Shown: in pieces, positions 32,152 to 42,848 of the stretch
Layout of the letters: every line of letters starts with the position of its first letter
Numbering within the stretch: the stretch's first letter is position 1
Assembly (NCBI GenBank): GCA_963817955.1
Contig: CAWFQK010000001.1
Location: 416,001 to 480,000 of the forward strand
DNA length: 64,000 bases
Reading direction: 5' to 3'
From: an uncultured Gemmatimonadaceae bacterium
GTDB taxonomy: Bacteria; Gemmatimonadota; Gemmatimonadetes; Gemmatimonadales; Gemmatimonadaceae
Program-made: the position numbers and the translations under genes
Notes under the pieces: generated by a model
The model's input: the letters and a program-made list of their open reading frames with translations, nothing else
What the model was told of the DNA's origin: nothing
Databases searched by the model: none

Positions 32152-32947
32152 TCAGATCCACCCCTTCCACCGGTACTTCACCATCCCCAATCGCTCGTAC
32201 ACGTACTCCCGGAACGCCTCCAGCCGATCGTCCGGCCCACGCGGATTGATCGTGACGTAGTCCCGCTCCCGCGCCGGCTGGCACGCCACCTTGAAGCCAA
32301 CCCCCTCGAACACCGCACACGCGCGCCGAGTGTGCATGGGTGACGTCACCACGACAATCGATCGTGCCCCAGCGGGCAACAACAACCGAGCCGCCCCCAC
32401 CGCTTCGTCACGCGTCGAGTGGACGTTGGGCACGATGTCCCACTGCACCGAAAGATTTGTCATGGTGATGATGCGCTGCTGATCCACATCACTCGTCCCG
32501 CCGTGGTCACGCTGCACAAATATGCGACTGGTCACGAGACGCCGGGACGCGCCTTTCTGGAGTAGCTCGATTCCGGACAGCAGACGGTCCAACCCGTTGC
32601 CGGTGATTGTGGTGTCGTTCGTGATTCCGCTGGACAACACCATCACGGCGTCTACCGAGGCAGGCATTGGATCGCGACGAACCCAGCTCGCCGAGAGCCC
32701 ATGGGCCAATGGCGTCTCCGCGATCACCAGATAGGCCACGAGGAGCAGCCCATCGAGCGCCGGCCACCCACCCTGGTCTCTTACGGAGGCCCGCGGCAAA
32801 GCCGGCGACGGCGAACCAGAAGACGACCGTGTCACCGGACGGGAAGCCGAGTAGCCCGTCCAGCCCCAGCTCCAGGAGCAGGAAGCCCGCGAGCGCGCCA
32901 AGCAGCGCGCCGTACCATGCCGGCTTGTTGATTTTGGCTAAGTTCAT
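32152..32947 (-). CDS. YdcF/DUF218-family membrane protein (1-nt frameshift near 32760)
   Basis: N-terminal TM segments in one frame; DAVMVLSSG, STRDEA, VVTSPMHTRRA and EYVYE in the other. Confidence 0.82.
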
Positions 32948-32984
32948 ATGGCCGAGAATCAATGTTTTCCCGCCTGGAACAGCA

Positions 32985-35003
32985 ATGCCGAACCCGACCC
33001 CAGATATCGATCAGCTCTGCATAAATACGGTCCGCACTCTCGCCATGGACGCCGTCCAGAAGGCAGAGTCGGGGCACCCGGGCACGCCAATGGCCCTCGC
33101 GCCCATTGGCTACGTGCTCTACACGCGCGTGATGCGGCACGATCCCGCGGATCCGAGCTGGCCCGATCGCGACCGATTCATTCTGTCGTGCGGTCACGCG
33201 TCAATGTTGCTGTACTCCTGCCTGTACCTGAGCGGCTACGATCTCTCGCTCGACGACATCAAGCAGTTCCGGCAGTGGGAGAGCCGCACGCCGGGCCACC
33301 CGGAGTACGGCTACACGCCCGGTGTGGAGACGACGACCGGCCCCCTCGGCCAGGGCGTAGGGAACGCGGTGGGAATGGCGGTGGCCGAAGCGCATCTGGC
33401 GGCCACGTTCAACAAGCCAGGGCATGAGATCGTCGATCACTACACGTATTTCATCTGTAGTGACGGCGATCTGATGGAGGGCATCTCGCACGAAGCGGCG
33501 AGCTTTGCGGGACACTACAAGCTCGGGAAGCTGATCGGCTTCTACGACGACAACAAGATCACGATCGACGGCTCCACCGATCTCACCTTCACCGACGACA
33601 CGTCCGCGCGCTTCGAGGCCTACGGCTGGCAGGTGCTGCACATCAGCGACGTGAACGATCTCCAGCAGATCGAGGGCGCGGTCGCCGAGGCGCAGGCGGA
33701 CACAGAGCGACCGACGCTCATCGTCACCAAGACCCACATCGGCTTCGGCAGCCCGCGGCAGGATACCGCCCAGGCACATGGCGAGCCGCTGGGTGCAGCG
33801 AATGTGCTGGCCACCAAGAAGAACCTGGGCTGGCCGAGCACGGAGCCGTTCTTTGTGCCGGAGGAGTCGCTGGCCCACTGGCGCAAGGCCAAGGACAAGG
33901 GGGCAACTGAGCACGCCAAGTGGAACGAGCGCTGGTCGGCATACGCACAGGGGTTCCCAGACGACGCCAAGGAGCTCGACCGCCGGCTGGCCGGCAAGCG
34001 CGCCGCCGACTGGGCAGCGAAGGCGCCGAACTTCACCAAGGAGAACGGCAACCTGGCGAGCCGCGCGGCGTTCGGCGCGGTGCTCAACGCGACGGCGGAA
34101 TCACTGCCGGAGCTCGTCGGCGGATCGGCCGACCTCACGCCGTCGAACAACACGTCGGTCAAGACCTGGAAGAATTTCTCCACCGCCGATTACGCCGCGC
34201 GGTACGTGCACTTTGGCATCCGCGAGCATGGCATGGGGTCGATCATGAACGGCATGGCGCTGCACAAGGGCATTCTGCCGTACGGCGGCACGTTCCTGAT
34301 CTTCTCCGACTACATGCGGCCGGCCATTCGCCTGGCGGCGGTCATGAAGCAGCAGGTGATCTACGTCTTCACCCACGACTCCATTGGACTGGGCGAGGAC
34401 GGGCCGACGCACCAGCCCATCGAGCAGCTCTCGGCGCTGCGGGCAATCCCCAATCTCACGGTGATCCGCCCGGCAGATGCGACCGAGGCGTCCGTCGCCT
34501 GGCAGGTGGCGGTGAACCACGAGGGCGGACCGATCGCGCTGGTGCTGACGCGACAGAAGCTGGGGTACATCGACCGCCAGACTTACGCGCCGGCGACGGG
34601 GCTCGCGCATGGCGGCTACGTGCTGGCAGACCCGCCGGCTGGGAGAGCGCCGCAGGTGATCCTGATGTCGTCAGGGTCCGAGGTGGCGTTGGTGCTCAAG
34701 GCGCACGAGCAGCTCGCCGAAAGTGGGGTGGCGACGCGCGTGGTGAGCATGGCGTCGATGGAGCTGTTCGCGGCGCAGCCAGTGGCGTACCAGGATGCGG
34801 TGCTGACGCCGGGCGTGCCGCGCGTGGCAATCGAGGCGGGGCATCCGATGTCGTGGTACCGCTGGATGGGGTCGAACGGGGGGGGGGTGGTGCTTGGCTT
34901 GTCGCGGTACGGGGCGTCGGCGCCGTACGAGAGGATTTATGAGGAGTTGGGGTTGACGGTGCAGAAGGTGGTGGAGGCGGCGAAAGGGTTGCTGTCGAGC
35001 TGA
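32985..35003 (+). CDS. tkt: Transketolase
   Basis: SGHPG, RDRFILSCGHASML, TPGHPE, TTGPLGQG, DGDLMEG, HFGIREH, THDSIGLGEDGPTHQP. Confidence 0.97.
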   Translation: MPNPTPDIDQLCINTVRTLAMDAVQKAESGHPGTPMALAPIGYVLYTRVMRHDPADPSWPDRDRFILSCGHASMLLYSCLYLSGYDLSLDDIKQFRQWESRTPGHPEYGYTPGVETTTGPLGQGVGNAVGMAVAEAHLAATFNKPGHEIVDHYTYFICSDGDLMEGISHEAASFAGHYKLGKLIGFYDDNKITIDGSTDLTFTDDTSARFEAYGWQVLHISDVNDLQQIEGAVAEAQADTERPTLIVTKTHIGFGSPRQDTAQAHGEPLGAANVLATKKNLGWPSTEPFFVPEESLAHWRKAKDKGATEHAKWNERWSAYAQGFPDDAKELDRRLAGKRAADWAAKAPNFTKENGNLASRAAFGAVLNATAESLPELVGGSADLTPSNNTSVKTWKNFSTADYAARYVHFGIREHGMGSIMNGMALHKGILPYGGTFLIFSDYMRPAIRLAAVMKQQVIYVFTHDSIGLGEDGPTHQPIEQLSALRAIPNLTVIRPADATEASVAWQVAVNHEGGPIALVLTRQKLGYIDRQTYAPATGLAHGGYVLADPPAGRAPQVILMSSGSEVALVLKAHEQLAESGVATRVVSMASMELFAAQPVAYQDAVLTPGVPRVAIEAGHPMSWYRWMGSNGGGVVLGLSRYGASAPYERIYEELGLTVQKVVEAAKGLLSS

Positions 35004-35069
35004 CGCAGTCGCGGGGGGTGCGGGCTTTGCGGGCCTGCGGGCCACTACCGCCGGCCCGTGCGGCGTGGT

Positions 35070-35172
35070 GGGCTCCGGGCCCGCGACCGGCTGGATGTCG
35101 CTGGCTGCTCGGTACCGGTCGGCCCACCGGTCGGCGAGTTTCGAGTTTCCAGTTGTGAGTTGTGCGTTGTGA
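35070..35172 (-). repeat. R element copy 5 (inverted right half), joined to TCGTGTC heptamers (35179-35212)
   Basis: Reverse-complement match to the right module and right hairpin arm; downstream of tkt. Confidence 0.9.
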
Positions 35173-35349
35173 TGTTGTTCTCGTGTCTCGTGTCTCGTGT
35201 CTCGTGTCTCGTCGCCTGGCCGGCCTGCGAATTCAATCGCTGGTCGTGAGTTTTATCGCGCTACCCTTGACCCTGTAGCACAAAAATAGCATAGTGGTGT
35301 AGGACTTCTGTGCTACATCAGAGCCTATCGACCTCAACTGGGCGGCCCT

Positions 35350-35577
35350 ATGGTCAAGAAGATTGCGATGCGCCGCGCCGGCGGATCGGTCACGGTCACC
35401 ATCCCGAAGGACATGGCCGATCGCTACCACATGACGGCTGGCGAAGAAGGGTTCGTGATTGAGACGGACCGCGGGGTCCTGTTGACCGCCTATGACCCGA
35501 CGTTCGAGCAGGCCATGCGCGTGTACGAGCGGGGGGCTCACACGTTCCGGAACGCCCTTCACGAACTCGCGAAGTGA
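35350..35577 (+). CDS. AbrB/MazE-type antitoxin
   Basis: RRAGGSVTVTIPKD..LLTAYDP..NALHELAK; upstream operator IR TGTAGCACA/TGTGCTACA. Confidence 0.88.
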   Translation: MVKKIAMRRAGGSVTVTIPKDMADRYHMTAGEEGFVIETDRGVLLTAYDPTFEQAMRVYERGAHTFRNALHELAK

Positions 35578-35586
35578 CGCGGCTTC

Positions 35587-35988
35587 GTGGATGAACCGAC
35601 GTGGCTGAATAGGACGATCGTCGATGCCATGCACTTCGACCAGTTGGAGAAGCATGGCGGGCTTCGCGGCATCAAGGACGAGAATGCGTGGGAGTCTGCG
35701 CTCGCACGCCCACGGAACCGGTGGGCATACGAACCGGACTCAGATCTCTTCGATCTCGCGGCTGCGTATTGGTACGGGCTTGCGACGAATCACGGATACA
35801 GCGATGGGAACAAGCGCATCGCGTTCGTCGCCACGTATACGTTCCTCGGTCTGAACGGCTGGGAGATCGTCGCCTCGGAACCTGAAGTCGTTCCGCTCGT
35901 GCTCGATGTCGCCGCGAACCATTGTACCGAAGAAGAGCTCGCGACTTGGCTTCGCGACCACGTCCAGCAGTTCCCTGATCTCGAGTAG
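35587..35988 (+). CDS. doc: Death-on-curing (Doc/Fic) toxin
   Basis: HGGLRGIKD, ESALARP, NHGYSDGNKR. Confidence 0.9.
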   Translation: MDEPTWLNRTIVDAMHFDQLEKHGGLRGIKDENAWESALARPRNRWAYEPDSDLFDLAAAYWYGLATNHGYSDGNKRIAFVATYTFLGLNGWEIVASEPEVVPLVLDVAANHCTEEELATWLRDHVQQFPDLE

Positions 35989-36051
35989 CCGCAGCTTTTG
36001 AACGCTTTCGTCGGGAGCTGGCTTACGGCGCGACTCGGTAACGCGGCGTCG

Positions 36052-36102
36052 CTACGCCATGCGGCGCTGTGCTGCTGCACGCTCCTCATGCTCGAACGCG
36101 TC
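36052..36102 (-). pseudogene. HipA C-terminal remnant (copy of 52098-52148)
   Basis: ~50-bp near-identical match encoding DAFEHEERAAAQRRMA*. Confidence 0.7.
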
Positions 36103-36323
36103 AACGACCTGCTCGACGCGATCGTGGGGCCACCGGCACCACCGTCTATCGTCGCACCGACGGCGTCGCCGTGGTACCGGCCGCACTGCTTGGTCCGTAA
36201 CGAGACACGAGACACGGGACGAGGTCACGGAGGCGACCGACGCCATCGCGCTCCTCGCGCCTCGAAAGAGCCTGAAATTGAAAATGCTGAGGCGACATGG
36301 CGCAGGCGGGCGGGGTCGCCAGC

Positions 36324-37444
36324 TTAGCGACCCCCTGAATTCGTGTACAGTAGCGCCCCAGTGTTGCTCGCGGTGTTGGCACATGCCGCCCAGCCGACCA
36401 AGTCAGACAGCATCACGATGTCTTGCACGATGCAGGTGGCGCCAGCCCCAGTAGCCTGCGTGGTCCAGCTGGTTCCGCCGTTCGCGGAATACATAATAAT
36501 TGAGCCGGTTCCGATATTACCGCCTATCCACACACCGCTGCCGGATGGTGAGATCGCCACCGATGCAAATGTGGCGCTGCTTCCGGTGGGCAAGCTGGTC
36601 CAACTGGTTCCTCCATTGCTCGTCTTGAGAACCGTTCCAGAACTCCCGGCGGCGTAGCAGGTAGTGCCGAGGCACTTGACCTTGAACAGGTTGCTGGTGG
36701 TCCCGCTGGCCGGGCTGGCCCAGGTCGAACCCATGTTCGTTGTCGTTCGAATGACTCCGCCATCGCCTACGACGATCAGGTTGTTTGGATTGGACGATAC
36801 GGCATCAATTCCATAAAAGCGGTCCGACGCACTGGTTGTGAGGAGTGTGTGCCAGGTCCCAGGGAATCACGCCCGAGGACGAACGCGCTGTTGTTGGTCA
36901 ACCCTCCGACGGCCGCAACCTGGCGCGACGGCGTGATCACAAACCCCTGGACGCGGTCCAGATACGCCATGCCGCCAAAAAAGGCAGCCGTGTTGACCTC
37001 TTTCGTCCACGTCGCCCCGCCCGTCGTGCTTTTCCAAACCGAAGCCCCGCTGACGTCCTTTCCAGCAACCCAGATCTCGGTTGGGGAGAGCGCCGCGATT
37101 GCGTACAGATCACCGCTGGTGGGAGAACCAACCCCCACTGAGGACTCGCCTCCGTCTGGCGTCATGAGAATTTCGCCGAGGTGCCCAGCGGTGAATGCGT
37201 GCTGGCTATCCAGAAAGAACAAGCTGCTCGGACCGGCAGTGGCACCGTCGGTAAGACCTCCCGAATACGCGCTCGGAAGGATGATGTTGCCGGCACTAGA
37301 AATGATCGTTGCCCACCCAGTGGTTGCCGTTGGAAGAGGCCCACTACCGGAGCTTGAGGGAGAGCTCGTAGCCGAACTGCAGCCCATGAGCCCAAGGGAC
37401 GCAAAGGCCCCGGCGGCTAGGGCGACTCGCGTGGACTGTTTCAC
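36324..37444 (-). CDS. YCF48/BNR-repeat beta-propeller lipoprotein (1-nt frameshift near 36860)
   Basis: LMGC lipobox; repeated S/T-x-N/D-G-G-x-S/T-W boxes across two frames. Confidence 0.75.
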
Positions 37445-37808
37445 TAGACGAACTCCGCCGTTTGATGCCAGGGTGTAGAGAGAAAGGACGGATTAGTGTC
37501 TGTCGCCGCGAGTCAGTGCGCTGTCAGGAAACTCCCGCATCGTTTGTCGGGTTTGTGCTGACAGCACTGGTCTGCCGTCGTTGCGGGTTGAGCGGTCGGG
37601 CCGCGCCGCAATCGTCCTCATGCAATCCGGCCCGCGCGCGTCGCCTCATCTTTTGCGCGTGTTTTTCAAATACTGAGCGTATAGCGCACATAATTCAAAC
37701 CGCGCGCAAAGATTTCACGGCTGAGACGCCAGCAGCGCTGTGCCTTTGCGTTCCGCTCCGCTACGACTCGCTGCGAAATTGTGCGTAGTCCGGGCGTATT
37801 CGTCGCCT

Positions 37809-37869
37809 TTGACATACAACTAATACCTAGATAGTATTAGCCAACACACTAATATCTATACGGTATTAG
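37809..37869 (+). promoter_or_regulatory. Sigma70 promoter TTGACA-N17-TAGTAT with two CTAATAY-N7-GTATTAG operators
   Basis: -35 at 37809-14, -10 at 37832-37; operators at 37820-40 and 37849-69. Confidence 0.8.
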
Positions 37870-37912
37870 CGCCTTCGAGCGCAGCACGAATATCCATCTG
37901 GGAAACCCGCTC

Positions 37913-39229
37913 ATGACGATGTTGCGTTCCCTGCCCACCCCCTGGAACGTCTACAACCTCACCGGCTCGCCGTACTTTCAGGAAGCGCTCGAGGCTGGCG
38001 AAAACACACCACGACCGCTGAGTCTGTTCGTCGGTCGGCAGACCGAACTGCATCGCCTCCAAGCGAACATCCGAAGCGCCGGCGGCAACTCAACCCGCCA
38101 GGCGGTGGCGGGGGCGCCTGGCGTCGGCAAGACCACGCTCGTGAAAGAGCTGAAGGCGCTCGCGCTGGCCGATGGGTACCTCACGACGGATGCCCTCGTG
38201 CCCATCCTGGGTAACGACACGGTCAGTACGGTATTCGGCCGAGTGTTGGGTGCTCTTTATGACACGGTCGTCGCCAATCGGCCTCATGCGATCGACGATC
38301 CAACCCTCCGCGACGCGCAGGTGCTGGTCCGCGCGACACGCCTCGGGACCGGAGGTGGTGGCGTCTCGGTCATGGGGGTGGGGGCGACGCTCACGACAGG
38401 GTCAACGGTGCTCCATCCCGGCGACATGATGATCGACGGCCCCCGGGTGGTGCGTGACCTGTCGCGGTTCGTCCAAGCGAGCGACGCGCGCGGCGTGCTG
38501 TTGCACCTGAACAACATGGAGAATCTCACGGAGTCGGATGCCCAACATGCCGCGAATCTGCTGCGCGACTTGCGTGATCCGCTCTTGCTACAGAATGGCC
38601 TTCATTTCGTGCTGGTCGGGACGACGGATGCTGTGACGACGGTCGTCAATACGCACCAGCAGGTGCGGAACACGGTCAGCATTCTTCGGCTTGAACCGCT
38701 GGACATCGCCGAGGTGCATGCGATGCTTGCGGCGCGCTACGCGTACCTGCAGTTGAACCCGCACGATCCCATTTCCGCGCCTGTTGAACCCGAGGCCGTG
38801 AACCTCCTCCACGAGCTTTTCCGTGGCGACCTGCGCGGATTGCTCAAAGCTCTCGAGGACGGCGTCGAACCACTACTCGGCCTACTGGACCGGAACGGCG
38901 GCACGGTGGTTCGCCCAGTGACCGGTGCCGAAATTCGCGGAACGTTGCAGGCGCGGTACACTGCCGAGCTTTCTCAGCACGTCGAGCCGGTACGAGTCAC
39001 GCAACTCACCGCGTGGGGCACGCAGGCACCGGGGGCGGGGGTGGGGGCGGGGGCGGGGGGCGTACAAACTCAAAAATCCCTTCGCGGGCTCTGGAAGCTC
39101 TCGCAGCCGGGCGTGTCGAACGCGGTGGCCGCGCTCGTCCGGCAGGGGTACGTGGTGCTACTCCCGCGGTCCGGAGCGGAGCCAATTCAGTACGTGCTCT
39201 CCGGGGTCAGTCGACTCATCTTCGGATGA
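37913..39229 (+). CDS. P-loop ATPase with C-terminal wHTH (ATPase-1)
   Basis: FVGR, Walker A GAPGVGKTT, atypical Walker B LHLNNMEN, GDLR sensor, C-terminal HTH. Confidence 0.85.
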   Translation: MTMLRSLPTPWNVYNLTGSPYFQEALEAGENTPRPLSLFVGRQTELHRLQANIRSAGGNSTRQAVAGAPGVGKTTLVKELKALALADGYLTTDALVPILGNDTVSTVFGRVLGALYDTVVANRPHAIDDPTLRDAQVLVRATRLGTGGGGVSVMGVGATLTTGSTVLHPGDMMIDGPRVVRDLSRFVQASDARGVLLHLNNMENLTESDAQHAANLLRDLRDPLLLQNGLHFVLVGTTDAVTTVVNTHQQVRNTVSILRLEPLDIAEVHAMLAARYAYLQLNPHDPISAPVEPEAVNLLHELFRGDLRGLLKALEDGVEPLLGLLDRNGGTVVRPVTGAEIRGTLQARYTAELSQHVEPVRVTQLTAWGTQAPGAGVGAGAGGVQTQKSLRGLWKLSQPGVSNAVAALVRQGYVVLLPRSGAEPIQYVLSGVSRLIFG

Positions 39230-39308
39230 CGGGGGGGGGGGGGGGGAGGGGGGGGGGGAGGCGGGACGGCGGGACGGCGGGACGGCGGGACGGCGGGTGA
39301 GGTAATCC

Positions 39309-39640
39309 GTTGTGAGTTGTCAGTTGTCAGTTGTGAGTATACGGGTCATGCGCACCAGGGCGCCTGGCTTCGCGGGCCACTATCGCCGGTCGGCGAGGTT
39401 CGGGTGTCCAGTTGTGAGTTGTGAGTTGTGAGTTTTTAACAACGCGCAACGCATAACTCACAACTGGCAACTCGAAACTCGCCGACCGGTGGGCCGACCG
39501 CTACGGAGCAGCCAGCGACATCCAGCCGGTCAACACCCGGAGCTCAATCCACGGCCTCACGATCGGCTGCGCCGGTGGGCCGACCGCTACGGAGCAGCCA
39601 GCGACATCCAGCCGGTCAACACCCGGAGTCCAATCCCCGC
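39309..39640 (+). repeat. R element copy 6 (full) with tandemly duplicated right module (39571-39640)
   Basis: CCGGTGGGCCGACC..CAACACCCGGAG occurs twice; preceded by poly-G and GGGACGGC octamers. Confidence 0.95.
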
Positions 39641-39772
39641 CTCGCGATTCCCCGCCCCCCAATCGGCCAACACTCGGAGCGCCCAATCCGGCTTGCGCTG
39701 GTCGGCGATAGGCATATAATTTCACAATAGATCGATAAGATCGGGTAAGATACCTCAAATCGCTGACTCAGC

Positions 39773-40993
39773 ATGAATCCGCTAAACAACCCGTTCTCAC
39801 CCGGAGCCGGCGCCCCTCCGCCCGAGCTCGCTGGTCGTGACGAAATCGTCAACGCCGCGACGATCGCTCTTCACCGTATCCGCGCAGGACGACCGGAAAA
39901 GAGTCAGCTGCTCCTCGGCCTTCGCGGCGTCGGAAAGACGGTCTTGTTGAACCGGATCGCCACCATCGCTGAAGAGACGGGCCATCTCGTCGTCCAATTC
40001 GAAGCACCGGAGGGGCAGAAGCTGGCCGAGTATCTCGCGCCGGCACTGAAAAGCGTCCTCCTCCGACTCAGCCGCGTCGAACGGGCGAAAGACTATGCCG
40101 CCCGCGCCATGGGCGCGCTGAGAGGGTTTGCAAGCGTGTTCAAGGTTTCCATCGGCGAGGTCGGGTTCGGCGTCGCCGAGCCGCAAACCGCCGACAGCGG
40201 CAACATCGAGTTTGATCTTCCTGAGTTACTGATCGCGACAGCGCAAGCGGCGAAAGCCGCGGACACAAGCGTCGCCGTCTTCGTCGATGAGGTCCAATAC
40301 CTGTCGGAGGAGGACCTCCGTGCACTGATCGTTGCGCTGCATCGCGTCGCGCAAAAGGGCTTACCTCTCGTCCTCTTTGGCGCCGGGCTTCCGCAGGTAG
40401 CCGCTCTCGCCGGAGAGGCGAAGTCTTACGCCGAACGGCTGTTCGACTATCCGGAAATCGGCCCTCTCGTTCCTTCGGCGGCAGAGCGTGCGGTACGGGA
40501 ACCCGTCCGCTCTGAAGGGGCGGACATTGACGCTGGAGCACTGCACGGGATCGTCGAGGTGACCCAAGGCTATCCGTACTTTCTGCAGGAATGGGGTAAG
40601 CACGCCTGGAACACTGCGCCACGATCGCCGATCACCGCGGCGGATGTCGAAATGGCCAGCAGGTCTGCGACCGACGCCTTGGACAAGAATTTCTTCCGAG
40701 TCCGGTTCGATAGGCTCACTCCGCGCGAACAGGATTATCTGCGGGCGATGGCGGACCTCGGCCCAGGCCCCCACCGGTCCGGGGCGATCGCTGAGAAGCT
40801 CGGGGCGGCGGTGGAGAACCTCGGTCCGCTGCGGAGCGGCCTCATAAAAAGGGGTATGATTTGGAGCCCGTCACACGGCAACACCGCCTTTACTGTACCC
40901 ATGTTCGACGCGTTCATGCGACGCGCGATCCCAGTTTGGCAGGCACCAGCCGCGCCCAAGCGCCGGGGGGGGACTGTGACCAGTGGTCAGTGA
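39773..40993 (+). CDS. AAA-family ATP-binding protein with wHTH (ATPase-2)
   Basis: NPFSPGAG..ELAGR, GLRGVGKT, VDEVQ, GAGLP, SYAERLF, GYPYFLQ, FTVPMF. Confidence 0.9.
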   Translation: MNPLNNPFSPGAGAPPPELAGRDEIVNAATIALHRIRAGRPEKSQLLLGLRGVGKTVLLNRIATIAEETGHLVVQFEAPEGQKLAEYLAPALKSVLLRLSRVERAKDYAARAMGALRGFASVFKVSIGEVGFGVAEPQTADSGNIEFDLPELLIATAQAAKAADTSVAVFVDEVQYLSEEDLRALIVALHRVAQKGLPLVLFGAGLPQVAALAGEAKSYAERLFDYPEIGPLVPSAAERAVREPVRSEGADIDAGALHGIVEVTQGYPYFLQEWGKHAWNTAPRSPITAADVEMASRSATDALDKNFFRVRFDRLTPREQDYLRAMADLGPGPHRSGAIAEKLGAAVENLGPLRSGLIKRGMIWSPSHGNTAFTVPMFDAFMRRAIPVWQAPAAPKRRGGTVTSGQ

Positions 40994-41250
40994 CCAGTGG
41001 TGAGTTGTGAGTTGTGAGTTGTGAGTTGTGAGTGTACGGGGCATGCGCACCAGGGCGCCTGGCATGCAGGCCACTATCGCCGGTCGGCGAGGTTCGGGTG
41101 TCCAGTTGTGAGTTGTGAGTTGTGAGTTTTTAACAACGCGCAACGCATAACTCACAACTGGCAACTCGAAACTCGCCGACCGGTGGGCCGACCGCTACGG
41201 AGCAGCCAGCGACATCCAGCCGGTCGATACCCGGAGCTCCAATCCCCGCC
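40976..41250 (+). repeat. R element copy 7 (full)
   Basis: Between convergent ATPase-2 and tsdA-like genes; its leader supplies the ATPase stop codon. Confidence 0.95.
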
Positions 41251-41259
41251 GGTCCGCGA

Positions 41260-42297
41260 TCAGCACCCGCTCTCGGCAATAATTTCACGCCTAGCTGTAC
41301 GGTACGCCGCATCGGGCGGAGCATCCCCTTTCGGCCAATCCAGCTCCTTCCCGACAAAATCAGGCCGTGGCTTCGACACGATAAAAGCCGCCACGTCGAA
41401 CGCCTCGCCGGGGGCGAGCGTGCCCGGCCGGTTGAATGGCATGCTGGCCTGGATGAACGCTGCTGCCGTGCGCACTCGCGCCATGCCTGCGCCAATATTG
41501 AACGATTGCCCTCCCCAGAGCGGCGTCGCGATCGTCGTTCCCTCGCCATTCGCGCCATGGCAGGCCGCACAATTGAGCGCAAATACCGCTCGGCCACGCG
41601 CGGTATCCGGCGGGGTTGCTGGGGCATTTACCTTCAGCGCCTGGGTGCCGTCGTTGCGGACCAGCGGCGAGGGGCGTGAGAGGTAGGCCATGTACGCGAC
41701 CAGGTCGCGCATCTCGCGGCTGGTATCCGGGAGCGCGCGACCGTTCATGCTGCGACGAAGGCAGCCGTTCACACGATCCGCCATCGTCAGAATCTTGCCC
41801 TCACGCGGGCGATACTGCGGAAAGCGCGCGTAGACCCCCAGCCAGGGGATGGCGCCCGTCCGCGTGCCGCCGTCGAGATGACAACTGGAGCAGCGGAGCG
41901 TATTGCCCGTGTAGCCGGGCAAGCTATCGCGCGTTGCGTCGGCAATGGCACGACCCCGAAGAACGGCCGCGCGAACCTGGGGAGCCAGCTCGACGTTACC
42001 GGGAATGGAGAAGGCCGCAGGCGGCTCCACGATCGAGCGCTCCGTCGCGGTAAGCGACTGGTGCTGCACGTAGCGCGTGACGGCGAGCACACTGGCGAGC
42101 GCGGCACCAGCGCCGACCGTCGCCACAATGCGCGGCTTCGCTCGGCGGCCGATACGCTGGCTGATGGCCTGCATGGGCCGAGCGATCATTGGCCCGATCA
42201 GGAAGAGAAGCAGGATCGTGAGCCACGCCAGACCCGCGGCGCAGAGCACGAGGCCGAGCCCAATTGCCAGAATGCCAAGCGGTCCGTGAGTTTCCAT
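41260..42297 (-). CDS. tsdA: Diheme c-type cytochrome, thiosulfate dehydrogenase TsdA-like
   Basis: CSSCH and CAACH, RVNGCLRRSMNG (Cys ligand), PLWG..SFNIGAGMAR; N-terminal TM anchor. Confidence 0.8.
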   Translation of the reverse strand: METHGPLGILAIGLGLVLCAAGLAWLTILLLFLIGPMIARPMQAISQRIGRRAKPRIVATVGAGAALASVLAVTRYVQHQSLTATERSIVEPPAAFSIPGNVELAPQVRAAVLRGRAIADATRDSLPGYTGNTLRCSSCHLDGGTRTGAIPWLGVYARFPQYRPREGKILTMADRVNGCLRRSMNGRALPDTSREMRDLVAYMAYLSRPSPLVRNDGTQALKVNAPATPPDTARGRAVFALNCAACHGANGEGTTIATPLWGGQSFNIGAGMARVRTAAAFIQASMPFNRPGTLAPGEAFDVAAFIVSKPRPDFVGKELDWPKGDAPPDAAYRTARREIIAESGC

Positions 42298-42467
42298 GCG
42301 GTTCTCGTGTCAACGATAATCGTTTTCCGGGATTCATGTAAACCCATTATGGGTATACCTACTATTGCCTGCTCTGCGCAAAAAGAGTGGGGGGCTCCGC
42401 GCGTCGATTCTTGAGAGCTGTGGCGACAACGTGTACATTGGTACGTACACATGTACACGAGGTCTGT

Positions 42468-42848
42468 ATGCCGTCCGCAAATCACTCGCCCGTTGCCGTC
42501 GCGCTCGCGCTACTCGAGGAGCATCAGGAGCGCACCGTCACGGTGAAAGCGACCCAGGCTCGGCATGACTTCTTCCCGCTCCTTGAGTCCGTCGTCGCCG
42601 ACCCGTCCGAGGTGGTGGAGGTCGAGCACAAGGGCCTCCAAGGCCGTGCGTTACTTGTGAATGCGCGGTTCCGTGACTACGTGCGCCAGCTCGAGGAGAC
42701 GGTACGTGCGCTGCTGGGTCCGGCGTCGGGCGGGCCGACGTTCCGACTCGCGGGTTCGCTGTCAGTGGGGGGGGACGTCGAGGAGGGGATCGAGGCACTC
42801 CGCAGCCGGGAGCGCCAAGCCGCCGCCGAGCGCTTCGCTGATCTGTGA
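42468..42848 (+). CDS. Phd/YefM-like antitoxin
   Basis: VKATQARHDFFPLL; overlaps the PIN gene start. Confidence 0.72.
   Translation: MPSANHSPVAVALALLEEHQERTVTVKATQARHDFFPLLESVVADPSEVVEVEHKGLQGRALLVNARFRDYVRQLEETVRALLGPASGGPTFRLAGSLSVGGDVEEGIEALRSRERQAAAERFADL

Noticed and set aside
39230..39298. Poly-G and GGGACGGC run as a functional G-quadruplex or contingency locus
   Set aside because: It lies after a stop codon in low-complexity sequence beside R, where base calls are unreliable.
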